Assembly (NCBI GenBank): GCA_037379345.1
Contig: CM074522.1
Span: forward strand, 4,030,001 to 4,094,000
DNA from: Perna viridis
Taxonomy: Eukaryota
DNA length: 64,000 nt
Reading direction: 5' to 3'
Position 1 is the stretch's first letter, and the number at the start of each line of letters is the position of its first letter. The notes beneath the pieces were generated by a model, which was not told where the DNA came from, made no database searches, and saw only the letters and a list, made by a program, of their open reading frames with translations. Both the position numbers and the translations under genes were made by a program. Shown in pieces: positions 1-14,304 of this stretch.

Positions 1-425
1 TTTTAATTCCGATAGACTAGCATTAATTCTTGCACGTCTTCTCTTTTCCATTACCGGCTTGGAAATCTGCAACAGATTAGATAGCAGATGTTTAATGATC
101 ATTAGCAAATTAGAAAAAAAAACAGCGTAGTTTCGCCTGGTAACATAAAGGCAAACGAAGCAATTTTACCATAAAATAAACTGAAATCAAATACATTAAT
201 TCATTTTCACGAACACCATATTGTATTAAAATAAAGATCATAAAATGTTTCCGTTTTTATAGACTATTTTGTAGCCTTTTGATATTATATAAACATTTAA
301 AGCAAACTCACTTTTCTTCTTTCCATTGCAGATGATGTGACCTTATCCGATTTAGTGCTAGAAACATCATCAACCATTTTGCTACCTTTGTCGGTTGTAT
401 GGTCATTTAGTTCCTCATTGCTCAT
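1..425 (-). CDS. Hes: HES/hairy-Enhancer of split family bHLH repressor, 5' part (exon 1 = 312-425, exon 2 = 66 to beyond window start)
   Basis: Manual translation: exon 1 MSNEELNDHTTDKGSKMVDDVSSTKSDKVTSSAMERRK, then GTGAGT donor (311-306). A 245-bp phase-0 intron ends with a CTAAT branch point and TTGCAG acceptor. Exon 2 reads ISKPVMEKRRRARINASLSELK. The basic-region proline (KPxMEKRRRARIN) is diagnostic of HES rather than HEY, and the intron after 'RK' matches the known Hes1/hairy structure. Exact orthology cannot be assigned. Confidence 0.95.
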
Positions 426-509
426 AGCTAAAACTACACGGTGGTTTAAGATTAAATTTTCATGTTCTGGCTTTTAACAATACTTTTTTTCATATATTCG
501 AAAGAGCAG

Positions 510-720
510 GCTTTTTCATTTGTCAATCAAAGTAAAAATTCCTTAAGAGTGAAAATGATTCTTTTATCTTATTGGACGACGTGAAGGAAGGTCCTTTTTA
601 TTTACTTATTTGCGCAGTTAATGTAGGTATGGCACGCGACAATCTGTTTTTAGAGTGTGGGAAAAACACGCCCCCTTTTAGATGAAATGAACACCTGTAA
701 TTGACTGTCTTACCTGAACT
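510..720 (-). promoter_or_regulatory. HES proximal promoter module (copy A): E-box, KLF/Sp, CSL, HES site, CCAAT, PBX/MEIS-like site
   Basis: On +: GGCACGCGAC 631-640 (Hairy/class C site), TGTGGGAA 656-663 (CSL/Su(H)), CACGCCC 667-673, ACACCTGT 691-698 (RCAGGTG E-box), ATTGG 571-575 (CCAAT), GTCAATCA at about 522-529 (TGATTGAC). Lies about 100-300 bp upstream of the HES ATG. Confidence 0.8.
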
Positions 721-1595
721 ACAATGATTTATTGTACAAAGTGAATCCGCAATAATAAGATATATGTCTTCGTTTACACGCTGTTCAGCCCTATCGCCAA
801 CGGTGTCCTTCTAATACAGGGAGTCTTTATGTGAATCTATATTCATCTATATGCCTGTGATTTAGCGACCCGACCTATACCAATTATGTTTTAGGAAAAA
901 AAATAAAAGTTATGTAAACTTTAAAGTACACCAGATATTTAGCAGATATTTAAAAACGTCATTATTTAAAATTTTGTTAAAGTATTTTTTTCTATGCGTA
1001 AACATCGATTTGTTAGTAATTAAACTTGTATGTTAGTTAAATTACTCATTGAAATGCAATATGGAGAGCAATGGTCTAATTCACTTGTAACCAGAAACCT
1101 TATATGCAAAGGTACTTGGAAGAAAATTAATATGATTGATATTTCTACCGAGCAGATAAGTCTTCAAAAGACAGGAATGGCTTAATATACAGTTTTAACT
1201 GCTTTTTAAATGAAAGTTTTCCGCAGGAGGATGCTTAAATTTGAAAATTTCTAATGATCAGTCAATACCAGAAATGTCCATCAACGAAAGAGGTTTTCTG
1301 TAAGCTACATATATGATACAAACATATATAAGGTCTCTTTAAATTGTCAGTATAACAGTTCGTGAAATGTTCACCTAGCAAAATTTTGGAAAGTGCTTTC
1401 TGAACCAAGATTCTCTCTTAAAACAATTTTTGACAATTCTACTAGATAACTCTGCCCTGTAAAATTTTACAGTGGAATATTTGCTAACAATTCTACTTAA
1501 AAACATGATGCTAGATATTTAGAACGCAGTACTTGAGCGTTCTGTTGTACCTTAGAATAATTCCTTGCAATTAGATATTGGGGGTTTAACGATAA

Positions 1596-1838
1596 AAGTG
1601 TAATCAAGGAACTCACGATTCTAGCGAAAATCAAAGTAATGTAATCAAGCGACAAACACCAGACGGGAAAAACAGACACACATAACAAAGAACACAAAAT
1701 AACCAAAATAATACGTACAAAGCAACAAAAAACAAATGAGCAACTCGAACTAACCTAAAAAAGCTAGGAGAATGGACCAGGTGCACCGGTTAGGTAAGCG
1801 TCTTATGTTTTTTTTTATAAACACCAGCCGAGTTGATC
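1596..1838 (-). mobile_element. Naiad-type 3' end fragment
   Basis: Reverse complement of the family 3' region (GGACCAGGTGCACCGGT...GGTAAGCGTC). Confidence 0.75.
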
Positions 1839-4227
1839 AAACAATTTTTTTTAACCCACGATGTTCACTCACAGCTCTCAAACAAATGTGTCATGCAAAT
1901 TAATTAATGGTGCAATCTCGGAACATGAACGAATACAATTCCAACATTGTATGTGGCAAGTTTAGGTTATTGACTTAGTTTGGCTTTATTGTTAAAAGGT
2001 TAAATTAATCCATTTTAAAACGAATTATTTTTTATTGCCATTTGTGCCCTGTCAAACGGCCCATGCAGATATGATATGTATAGCATAGTTTTTTTTAAAT
2101 AACCTTTATATATATCTTCATAAATAATAAAATAAATTCAAGTAAAAAACTATATATGTCAGGAAAAGTTTGCTAGGCTTGAAATAATTTGCATACAAGA
2201 ATTACGACCGTTTATACACCTTTAACTGTTTTATTATAAGTGCACTTTTATTTTTCTCTCGGTAATAAAGATGTCAGTTAAGTTAACATTTGAAATGTCT
2301 TTAACAACGCGAACATGTGAATTCACTTTTTAAATCTCCTTCTTGAGGTCGAATACATCATACATGTTAAGTAAGAAAAGAATATTAAAAGTAGTAAAAT
2401 GACATATTAAGTCTAACGCGTTCCTTTCCCACGATCCGAAGTCACACCTGATATATTTATTTATGCAAAAGGAAGATAATGTTTTTTTCTATATTTTAAA
2501 TATCTAGTTGTCATTCGTACACAATTACATTTTTGACCATAGTTTATAGCCTTTTATGACATATTAACTTTAGTTTTGAAAAATGTATACCAGTAAAACT
2601 ATCTCATTAAAACATCAAACAAATGTGAGAAAATTCCAGTTTTGAAATAAAATGCACTTTATGCTGTATAGGCTTTCCATTTATTGTAATTTAAATTCAA
2701 GGAAAATAGGACACAACATTGTTGATTTTTACCAGCAATTGAGTACTCATTTTCTTACAAGAAGTAAAACAGCTGTTCGAATATTAATAAAAAAAACCTT
2801 TCAAAGCACCTGATTTAAACCATGTATTTAATGTAATCATCTGTTTGTTTACTTTTAGGTGTCTGAAGTTTTCAGCTTGTTTTTTACTGTTGTCCTTTTG
2901 TGATTTTTTTTTTGATCCTGGAATTATTTTTTTAGCATAGACGTCCAATCGTTTGAAAATTTAATACTGGTGCTTTTTCGCAAGGAAGCAAACTATAAAA
3001 TAAAACGTTGACATGTTTATAATGAGATATTGATATGCATGTTATTTAAAAGAAGATAATTAAATATTATCTAAATTTTATACCAAGAGTAAAAATGCAA
3101 ACAGCAAACAAAATAAATTAGCTCAAGACAAACACAAACAATCAGTAAAAAATCCTGTATATTGCTATTCCATTTGTTTTTCCATAACTTGAGAACACAT
3201 AAAAACTTTCTGTAAATATATTTATTATTAGTTCTTTTTATATTTGGAAACTAAAACACAATCAAGAATCAGAAATATTCAAAAAATTAATTTGTCTTCG
3301 ACTAATCTATTACGAGAATATGTATGGTAAATATGTAAAAATGACAACAATCCCACCGGGGAATAAATGTCAACCCAAGGCTACCTACTGGTCTTCATTG
3401 AACAAAGATGAAACCCTCACACCATAGGGCAGCACTACTATACACAGGAACAGCAAAAGAGTTGCTCCTATATACTAAATAAAATAAAAATAAACTAAAG
3501 CTGAAAATGAAACAATACATACAGAGACCAGAAATTTCTGTCCTGGTACAAGCGCAAAATTGCGACTGGTTAAAACACTTTGGCGTGATCACAACACTTC
3601 CCCTTTAAAATCTTGCCACAGTGGAAAAAAATATTACACAAGTAAACAAATCTAAAAATTAATTAAAAATGTCTGAATCCCTTCATACAACGGAAATGTT
3701 GAAACTGAATACAAATTACACAAATGTGCAAACTAATGACAACTAGTATTTGACTGACATGCCAGCTCCAGACCAGTTTAATCCTACAAAAAGTTATGTC
3801 CCCAACGTATGTAAAATCAATCCAAGTACTTCCCATGCGGAGGTGAAAACCAGGGTACACCATAAGTAATACAATAAGGACTCAACCCATATTATGCCAA
3901 AATCTGCTTTTAAATATAGTGTTTTAGTGTGTTTTAATTGTTATGTAAAGACCCTATGAGCGAATCATTTTCATTATCAAAAAAAAAAAAAAAAAAAATA
4001 AATAAATAAATAAATAAAAAAAAAATAATAATAAAATAATAAAATAAAATAAAATAAAATAAAATTAACCAAAATAAAAAAAATCAAAAGAAGTAACTAA
4101 AAATGATCTAGAAGAATTCGACCAAATACTTTCACATCCCGATTTATTAAATGACCATTTGATAAGTTACATTGATTTTTGTTTTATGAGATAGCAAATT
4201 TATTAATCATGATCTTTTAACATCTAT

Positions 4228-4885
4228 ACTCAAAGCTGTCAAAGAGGGTCTCCAGTCCTACCACAACATTTGTTACTCCCGTAATGGTATTAATTCAATA
4301 TGAGTCCTGATTAAATTTGAACGATCTTTTGGAGACCCTCAAGTCAAGGTTATTATCAGACTATAATAGCATTAAAACCTATGGCTTTCCAAAACTGTTT
4401 ACTTCTATTCCCCATACTCAGTTAAAATCCCGACTTGAAAACATTATATATCTTGTTTCTGAACAAAGGCACGCCTAGATACAAATATATAGTTCTTGGT
4501 AGAGATTCCTCATACTTTGTATATACTACAGAAGTTTTATGGTCGTCATCATGAACTCGTGGATCGTTACTCTGTATCCATCTGCACCATTAAAAAAATT
4601 AGTTTGTTTAAGGTGTCATAGTTTTATTTCCTCCTATGTCTACCCAGGACTTGTCTTTTTGTGAGCAACTCGACGGGTGCTTCTAGAAAAGCAGAGGACG
4701 CTTATTCTACCCGTGCACCTGGTCTATGCTTCCAGCCTAATTTTAAGTGGAGTCTGGGTTGCTTTTATTTTTGTTTAGTTTACGTTAGGTTCTTTGTTGT
4801 GATTGTCTTTTTTCTAGCCTGGTCTTTGTCCCTGGATTACATTCTTTTGATTTCCGCTACAATCTTGGTTCCCTTGATTACTCTT
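4228..4885 (+). mobile_element. Naiad-type element, internally deleted, degenerate
   Basis: N-terminal RT-coding homology (4228-4520) is joined directly to the RT end and 3' region. Confidence 0.75.
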
Positions 4886-6227
4886 CTTCTGCTACATCCA
4901 GCGTACTCGGCTATCGTCGTCATGTTTTTTTTTTAAATGTGTACCAGTTAAGTGTCAGTCCCTATAAGAATCAGGCAGAGGGGGAAACAAAGTATTTTGA
5001 AAGTGTAATTTTTTATTATTTGCATTGGACATACATACAAATACGTGTGATTATCTTTTATGTACATGCACATCATTACAAATTAATTAAAACCTGGAAT
5101 ATCTTAGTCTGACATTGTAAATAACAGTCATATTATAATTACGAATAACATACATTTGTAAAACAAGAGCAGTTTATTTCGTATGTTGAGAAACTACAAA
5201 TTCCGTATCATACTTCCTTAAGTGTTGCTTGGCAGTCTAGTGAGCAATAAGTGTCTCGAGGGTCGTGGGAAAAGATACACGTTAAAACATGATATAATGT
5301 TGAAAGCTTTTTGATATTCTTGACTAAACAAATGATCATTTCATTCTGACCTCCAATAAAACATTTAAATGCTTGGGTTCACCTGTATTACTGTATAACG
5401 ACACAGTACAAATAAGCGTTAGGGCTGTTGACTTCTGTACAGAAAGTTTGGTCCGTATCAAATTGATTTTTTACGATTTTATAATTGAAATGGGATAATT
5501 TCTATCATACTGAAGATCAGAAAGCTTGTAAAAGTGAAAAAAAAATGAATTGTGTTTGGTGATCTGGATCGTCGTCTTACTGACATTGACTGAAGATGTT
5601 AAGAATTAGAAACAGAGGACACTGAACCCGTTTTTCAATCAAAATATTTTTCACGTACAATCCTAAATCGAATGATTTATTCGTAAATTTGCAAACTGTT
5701 AGTAATTGTGAACTAAAAATGCATTTTGATAAGTATTTTGAACGACTTTCTACATGCACATCTACTAAAGATATTTAAGTAAATAATCAGGTTCATAATA
5801 TATACCCATCAATGAACTCAGTGCTATCATCGACCAAAGTTTCAGACACTGTTGGTTTTGTTGAAACAGATGAATATAATATGAACAGACTCATAGCTAA
5901 AAGGGTTGAACAGCAACAAATGTGTATTCTTTCCATTATCACTGGTAAAATATGAGGGTAACCATTGCAAGATTGTGTTTATATATATTAATTATACACT
6001 GAAACATGTCAAAATGTAACCATTTTAGTGTGTAAGATTTGCTTCGTTTAGGAAGGTGTTTTGTTATTTCAGATTATTTCTGCATTTAAGTAGCAGGCTT
6101 TCTAAAAATCAGGCAGAAGGTGGTTCATGCATGTCAAAAACACACTGAATAGTTTTATTTCTTGTTCAGAAACAGTTGCTGATCACACAACCAGTCTTGG
6201 TTTTTCAAATTTTTGTTGCGCTTTTTG

Positions 6228-6503
6228 GGTGTCAGTACAAAGGTCCGGTTACAGGGCGTGTTAGCAAAGTGATCCTGTTATAAAGGTGTCAGTGTAGTGA
6301 TTCTGTTATTGGAGGTGTCGGCGAAATAATCCTTTATAGGAGTTGTCAGTGTAGTGTTCCTGTTATAGAAGATGTCAGTGAATTGATACTCTTATAGGAG
6401 GTGTCAGTATAGTGACCCTGTTATGAGGGATGTCAGTGGAGTGGACATGTTATAGGGGTGTCAATGTAGTGATCATGTTATAGGGGTATCAGTGAAGTGA
6501 CCC
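6228..6503. repeat. ~29-bp minisatellite, about 9-10 copies
   Basis: Consensus about GGTGTCAGTGTAGTGATCCTGTTATAGGA. Confidence 0.85.
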
Positions 6504-6532
6504 TTAGTATTAATAAAACCTAAATAAATCCT

Positions 6533-7360
6533 AGCTGATCTGATCGGAAAGAAAGAATATCGTTTGGCTAGATCCTTCAATCTCAGTTTCCGCTATATAG
6601 ATGACGTATTATTTTTAAACAATCGTAATTTCGGGGATTTGATACATTGCATCTACCCAAAAAAAAAAACACACCTACATTTGTATTTTACCCCAAAGAA
6701 CTTGAGCTAAAGGATGCTACAGACACTGTGAAGTCAGCCTCATATCTTGACCTACACTTAGAAATCGATGGTAAAGGAAAACTATTGATCAAACTTTACG
6801 ACAAACGTGATGACTTTTCATTCAGAATTGTCAACTTTACTTTCATCTGTGGCAACTTCCCTTTGGCTCCTGCATATGGAGTGTTCATATCACAACTCAT
6901 AGGTTATGCCAGAGCTTGCCGAAACTACGCAGACTTTTTATATCGCGCTAGAACTCTAACAAATAGGCTTCTGGAACAGGGTTATGTTGCTACAAGTTTG
7001 AAATCATCACTACAGAAGTTTTATGGTCGTCATCATGAACTCGTGGATCGTTATGGTGTATCCATCAGCACCATGAAAACTGATTTATTCAACGGGTCAT
7101 AGTTTTCCTTTCCTCGTTTGTCTACCCCGGACTTGACTTTTTTATGAACAACTCGGCGGGTGTTTCTAAAAAAGCAGAGGACGCTTACCCTACCGGTGCA
7201 CCTGGTCCATGCTCCCAGTTTTTAGTGGAGTCCGAGTTGCTCATTTACTTTTGTTACTTAATGTTCTTTGTTGTGTATGTCTGTTTTCCATGTCTGGTCT
7301 TTGTCCCTGGATTACATTCTTTTGATTACCGCTATAACCTTGGTTCCCTTGATTACTCTT
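6533..7360 (+). mobile_element. Naiad-type element, RT C-terminal half plus 3' region
   Basis: ORF 6647-7102 matches the 61377-61880 RT; ends GGTTCCCTTGATTACTCTTT. Confidence 0.85.
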
Positions 7361-8069
7361 TCGCAGATACACTTTTTCGCACTTTTCTGTCCACCGCCAA
7401 AGTTAGTACACCTATCAACTAATACGTTTACACAAGTAGCAGCCTTTTGCATAATTTGTAAGGCATTAGAGGAATATTATTATATTAATTTGAATTTATC
7501 TTTTGATCTTTTTTTTTAGCTGTAAAGTTCACTCTGTAATACATAATACATATTCAACAGATGAAAACAATCGAGATAAAACATTATATATCTTTTCATA
7601 ATAAAAATGTTGACAGACATAGTAACGGTCTGTTAAGATTAAAAAAATATTTTGGTCATTCGCCTCCCTTTCAATATGATTTACGTTGATTAGACACTAA
7701 ACGTCATTATAAATCCTTTAAACCTATCACGCGTGGTCATTTGAATACATGTTTTTAATTAACGATGCTGACATATATTTTTCGTCCTTACAGAGTTAAT
7801 CAAGAAAATGTGCTATTTATTACTTTTTATAAAGAAACGAGAAATTCTTGTGTATTATTAGAAGAGAAAACCGAGCAAGCGGTCGCATCATAATTACACG
7901 TACTTGTATTTTATTAACTTATTTACATTAATTTATGGTAAGAACTGATGCTTTCTGAATTGTTTATCAATAAAATCGCAAAGTAGTGAATACGCATGTA
8001 TATTAATATGAACATTTACAACGATAATCCATTAACAATTATGAATAATTAATTAGGGATATCAATGAT

Positions 8070-8352
8070 GATTTTCCTTTCCTCTTTCGTCTGCCCCGGA
8101 CTTGACTTTTTATGAGGAACTCTGCGGATGTTTCTAGAAAAAAAACAGAGGACACTTACCCTACCGGTGCACCTGGTCCATACTCTCAGTTTTTTTAGTG
8201 GAGTCCGAGTTGATTATTTACTTTTTTAACTTTGTATTATTATTTTAGTTACTTTATGTCCTTTGTTGTGTGTGTCAGTTTTCCATGTCTGGTCTTTGTC
8301 CCTGGATTCCATCCTTTTGATTTCCGCTACAATTTTGTTTCCCTTGATTACT
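8070..8352 (+). mobile_element. Naiad-type 3' end fragment
   Basis: CTTACCCTACCGGTGCACCTGGTCC ... CCCTTGATTAC. Confidence 0.8.
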
Positions 8353-10352
8353 TTTATATGAATATTTTCCTACACTTTTTCCCCTATATAAACTGTGAAA
8401 ATATTTCAAAATAAGTCAAAGATGCTTCAGATAAATTTGAATGGCTTGTTTTTATACATGTATTGAGTATATTTGAGGCACTTAATACATTAAAAAGTGA
8501 GTTGCCGCCCATTGCCTGATTATTAAAAAGAAGTGTACTTAAATCGCTTTTCTAATTTTTATACTGCAGTTTTTGCAAAAGTTGAAATTGATTTGTCGAA
8601 TTTTTAGCGTATACTGTTCTAATGCACGAATGTCAATAAATTTGTTTTTATTGTACTTAATATGATATATATTATACCTTTTTTTTATAAATGTGTTACA
8701 TTTAATTTTTGGTGTTTATATATTCCTCGCCATATTTTACACACCTGCATGAAAGATAGCAATGAAATGCAAATAAATAAAGTAAAAGGGAATGTATTTA
8801 TTAAAAATGGCTTGTTACCTAAACTTGGAAAAATTAAGCCGTGTCGAATTGAGTTCCTGCTATTGCAATTTAAATTTTACGAGGCATACTATTCCTAAAT
8901 ATTCCCGTAATTGCACTTTTTGTTGAAATTGAACTATTATTTTTGCATATTTGAATATTTTATATCTCAAGTCCATTAAATTATTTCATACTTGCATTTA
9001 TTAATTTATGCCGATTTTCAATGTTGCTTGTTATAGGATTCTCTGCGAAAATATTTTTTGTTCCATACAGTTTATGACATGAATGTTTAAGGAGCCCAAT
9101 GCTCAATATTCTGCAAAGTCTTTCAAAATAATTAACCTTTTAAGTATGTTATTGCTCTGTACATATTTAATCTGTTTGCTTGGAACCCATATTTGAACCT
9201 GAAAAAAAAACACACAAACAAACAAACAAACACCCGTCCAAAAACAAAGCAACAACAACAAATGACATATAGAGTTATTAGGTTTATAATTATATAAACA
9301 GCATTCATCTAAATCCGTAAACGATACAGATAAATGTACTTTATGTCTAGGCATTTTTATATTGCGTTGCTAGCTAATGATACTTGGAACCTTCACTTTA
9401 AGAAACAAAACGATTGTAATCAGCAATGATCTTAAGAAAAGAAGATATCGCCTACCCTACGGGGCACCTGGTCCATGCTATGAATACTGTATAAACTGTA
9501 GTTTATTCAAGTGTATTTCTAAGAGAAAATTTTATTTGTGGTGCATTTACTTATTCTACTTTGTTCAAACTATTAACTGATGGATTCAAAATTACCTTTC
9601 CAAGATAGACAATCCACACAGAAAAAAAGACACATTCTAATTATGATTTACGTTGCATATTAATATAACTTAAAAAACCTCCACATACGTCTCTAGTTTC
9701 GTTCCGTAAAAAAAGTAGTAAACTTTAAATACTTATGTATCATGTTATGTATTAACCATTCTAGTCTCTGAATGATATTATGATAATTTAGTATAAAGTC
9801 TATTACATTTCATTGAAAGCAAAAGGTTTTTTTAAAAAAGTCTTTAAAGAATTTGACCGTTTCTGAAGATTACTTTTGATTATTACAGGGGTATTTGATT
9901 TCATTTAGTGATATCATTGTCATATTAGATACATTAATTTTGTTTTCACATACTATAGAAATATAAACGTCACATCTAGCAAACGTTTCGTCTTTCACAA
10001 GATAAATAGAGGTCTTATATGTGATTAAGTAAGAAAAGTACCCTTAATTATTCTTAATCTTACAAAAATGAATTGCAAATGAAGTTTATGAGATCATCTT
10101 TGGCGACTTAACAGATAATATCTTTCCATGAACAAAAGTGTTATAAATGAGAAAGTATCTATTTATAGATTAGGCAGCAGATAAAAAATATAAATATTTC
10201 GTTTTAGAAGGATCGTAATACAAGGAGAGCAAATTAAATTAAGGACACATTCACTCGTATAAAGTAAATGTAAATATATAGTTTTGTTCCGAAACTGTGG
10301 AGACATAGCTTACATTTTTATCTCGGGACAGTATGTTTTACAAGTGGTCACA

Positions 10353-10705
10353 CTAATCTGGTTCCCTGGTCAATATCATAAGCGCAAAAATATAGACGCC
10401 GGTCAACAGCGACTGATATGCACAATATATGAGTAAATTGCCGCTTATTAAATTAAATAAAAACACAGATAAGATAATCTAAATTAACTTTATAATTGTG
10501 CATTTATATCGAAGGATGTTATAAGTAATTTGTAAAATACTTAATCGTATTTTTCTTTGAATTTGAATATTCGAACGTATAAAAGTAAATAAAAGAATGT
10601 CATATTCGCTCAGCCAATCAAAAGACAGAAGACGTCACTGGTGACCTGGGGTTATATTTGAGACACAGTTGTGGAATGAAAATATTACCCGGGCTTCCAG
10701 ATTAA
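10353..10705. mobile_element. MITE with ~24-bp TIRs and 8-bp target-site duplication (hAT/P-like)
   Basis: CTAATCTGGTTCCCTGGTCAATAT ... ATATTACCCGGGCTTCCAGATTAA, flanked by direct TGGTCACA at 10345-10352 and 10706-10713. Confidence 0.75.
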
Positions 10706-12739
10706 TGGTCACATCATCTGATCTGTTCGGAGTACAATACATCACTTATTGATATCACCGACAGCTTTATAATGCGCGTCCTGAAACTGTTATAGTAAAG
10801 ATTGATTTGTCCTGCATATAAATAATTATGACATGAATGTAGAACCTAATACGATTTTTTTTCTTTTTTGATGTACCTACTTTAAGGTATGAAAATATAT
10901 TGTTACAGTTAGTCCGATTTCATGGTTATTTTAGTACTAAGATAGCATAATGTTGACTGTAGTAATGCATATCAGTTCAAAAAGTATACAGAAATTTAAT
11001 TTTTAATTGAACATTTGGTATTTCAAATTACATTTGAAACATGTTATCATTGACATGTACATTTTACTTCTTTAAACCCTTTCGTGTTAACTGCAAGGTA
11101 ATCAATAAACATTTACGCAAGGACAATTCTTTTTTTCTTCCAAAATCTACCTCAAAGATGTACGTGCGTTAACTGACCCGCAATTGACACAAAAGGGTCT
11201 ATGGGTGTAAGATAATGATAATGTCTGATAATGATAAACTTTAATTACTGATGGTTAAACACCATCCATTTTTTTTTTATCATGAAGCGACCTGGGATTT
11301 GATTCAGATTAGAAACTTTGTATTTTGTGCAAGCACGTATATTATATTTATATTTCAGCAGCAACCGAAACCAATATTTTTATTTGAAAATTTGGTAATG
11401 GCGAAAATATATAATCGTTTACTATAATTATAATGCTATTATCATTTCGTTCAATGAATGAGTAAAATATTTCATCTCCAAAATATGAGACATTTTTTTT
11501 TGTTCAGAAAAAGTCAGGACCCTCTCGATAAATTGACGGTACCGTGGCAACCGTCTCATATAGAATTCAGAAAATGCCAATAGTTGAGGTGATAAAAGGT
11601 GCAGAAAAAAACACCGAATAAACGATGCTTTCGGTATTCATACACCATATTGTTTACATTACTTCAGTCCCTTCTGCATATAGACCAGTAAAGAGAGATA
11701 ACCATCATCAATCCAAGTCTTAAATCAGCAAGTGCAAGAACGATAACTCTTGAAAATGCCAATTTACATAATTCTATTTCAACAGTGCGACAGCCGAATG
11801 ACAAAGTAAGACTGTCTATGTGGTGATTGTAACTGTTTCTGAGTTAGAAACAAAAGTAATTTTGTGGCTTTTGATATGCATGTTTCACTTCTTGTCTGAT
11901 TGCATAAAGACTGCTACCTAAAGAAAAACAGTGATCATGTTGTGGGAAAGTGGTTAAGCTATCACGCTCAGATTGGCAAATGAAAGCATCGTTTTATGAA
12001 TCATTTAGTCCTTTCATACTTAATATATCGACTGAAAGGGGAACAAATAGTTGTCAAAAAGTTCTCAGATATAAATATTCAAAGAGCGACATGACGTCGC
12101 CTTTTTGCTTACAACGAAAAGCTTTATTCTATATTTGAAAAAAATCTATTTTGTTTTTAATCGTGAGAAAGTGAACTAACAAACTACCTATGAAACGAAT
12201 ATGTATACGATGTTATGTTAAAAGCAAATTCCGTTGAACAAAAGTATAATTTCTTATTACAACAGTGTAATGTAAATGATAAGGAACCTTGATGGCATGC
12301 AGTTACTTTACAATGAAACCTGCCAGAAAAAAAAAACGGTAAATTATCCCCAAATCTGGCGTCGACTTCACAAAAAGTAGTAAGCGTAAGGTAAAATTGA
12401 TCGTAAATTATGACGTCACAATGCTATTTTACATAGGTTTGAATTATTTTACGCCGTGTAAACCAAACAAATATATACAAGGAACCAGTTTAAACTGAAA
12501 GCGGGATCGGCATGGACAGGTTTCACTGTGTTTATCATTTAAGTTATGTTAAATAAATTCATTATTGCATTAAATGGAACTTTTGAATATGTATTCAATA
12601 CTATTATATTCCTTTTTGCCAAAGATGGGTTCCTAATACCTAATATCCAACATTTCTTTAAGTTTATTTGTTCAGTGTATTACTATCGAAATTGACCACC
12701 ACAACAGTCTTTGAAAGAGCAATTATGCCAAATTTTATA

Positions 12740-12935
12740 CGTTAATTCGTGGATACCAATTTTCGTGGATTAGAGAAGAAATACGTGTTCGTGGTTTCTT
12801 GAATTCGTGGTTTCGGGGTTTTCAGTAAACACATAAATGGAAATCTCCTTTTCGTTGGGAACCAAATTTCGTGATTTAGCCTAGATCAGAAAGCCACAAA
12901 AATTGATACCTAACGAACAATAGTACTTCCACAGT
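12740..12935. mobile_element. MITE fragment with TTCGTGG subrepeats
   Basis: TTCGTGGATACCAATTTTCGTGG mirrored by CCACAAAAATTGATACCTAACGAA; ends CCACAGT. Confidence 0.6.
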
Positions 12936-14304
12936 GGCAAAGAGGTAAAGTGAAACCTATCTACAGCGAACACTGAATAACCTGTAAACAAGTCTATAAA
13001 CCAAATAGTTTTTAGTCACTTATAATCAATTTAAATGTATTTTAACCCTTGGTAAACCACATATATGTCTATACAGTTAAAAGGTGGTTCGGATTAGACA
13101 GATTTCATCGTACTATCTTTTGATTCAAAAGTTAAAACAAGGCAAATCACCTTAAAGTGACAGTCAAAACTCGGCATACAAAACCGACTCAAAACATTGA
13201 AAATTATATATAAACCAAATGGCAAACACATCCCACAAAAATGGAAAATAAATAACTGCAATCTGTACAATAAAATTGCTTATGAGTTTTCCATACTTTA
13301 GCGTTCAATTGTTAGAAATGAACTTTTTAAAGATCTTAATAGATGTGTTTTACTGTCAAAGATTTGAAAATTCAGTGATATAATATTCACTAAACAAGCT
13401 ATTTTGTATTCACCTTTCACATGTAAAACAAACTAACATGGTAAGGTGCGAGACTTTAAGTCGTGGGAATTACAATTTTATATGCTAATATGAAAATAAA
13501 CTTGAAAAGACAAACTGAAATGATAATAATGTTATCATATTTGAGAAGGTTCTTGCTGGTGTAGGCGTTTCTGCATAATAGTTCGTTAAAGAAGTGTTTG
13601 TATAAGGAAATTTATTTTAAATTTTAATATTCAGTTTATTTAAAAGTAATATTTTACGGATGGATGTTCCAAATGTATTGCAATGATAGTAGAGAGATAA
13701 CGTACATGTTATAATATTTAGTGTATTTGTTCGATATATATATTTGAAAAAAATATTGCAGGCAATCTATTAAAAAAATCGGTTCAGATCCAACAATACA
13801 TCAACACATGTGCATTTGAAATATGTATAACATTTAAAAATGATTTAAATTAAAAATATACCAATAAAACTCCATAATGATTTGACCTAATGAAACTAGT
13901 AATAGATTTTTAACATTAACGCGACCGGCGGAAATCGTAAAACATAAATCATTTTACCTCCCCGATATACACCGTAGTATAAAACACACAACACACGTCA
14001 TAAAAGTGAACAGGCAAAATGACAAGGTATTTCCGGATGTCAATATGTTCTCCGAAATTGAGCAAGTTTTGTTTTTTCTTAATCCTGAACTCTTGGTCAA
14101 CCGAAAATAATAATGATGAACATAAAATAATACGTAAAAGAATTAGATAATATAATGCCCGATTCATGTCATACATTAAAACATTACACAAGAAATTACA
14201 TAATTATACAGTGGAGTGCGTTTGTTTAAAAAGTTTGAATGCTAAACATGCGCAAACGAGTACCTTAAAAGTCTCTATTTCAAATAATTTCATTCTGCTA
14301 CAGT

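Noticed and set aside
656-690. Canonical Su(H) paired site in the HES promoter
   Set aside because: No inverted second CSL site 15-17 bp from TGTGGGAA in any of the four copies.
7144-7422. Recurrent ORF MNNSAGVS(R/K)KAEDAYPTGAPGPCSQFLVES (also 4661, 16988, 30445, 48915) as a small-protein family
   Set aside because: It lies in the retroelement 3' region, frames shift freely between copies, and the ATG is part of an RNA stem.
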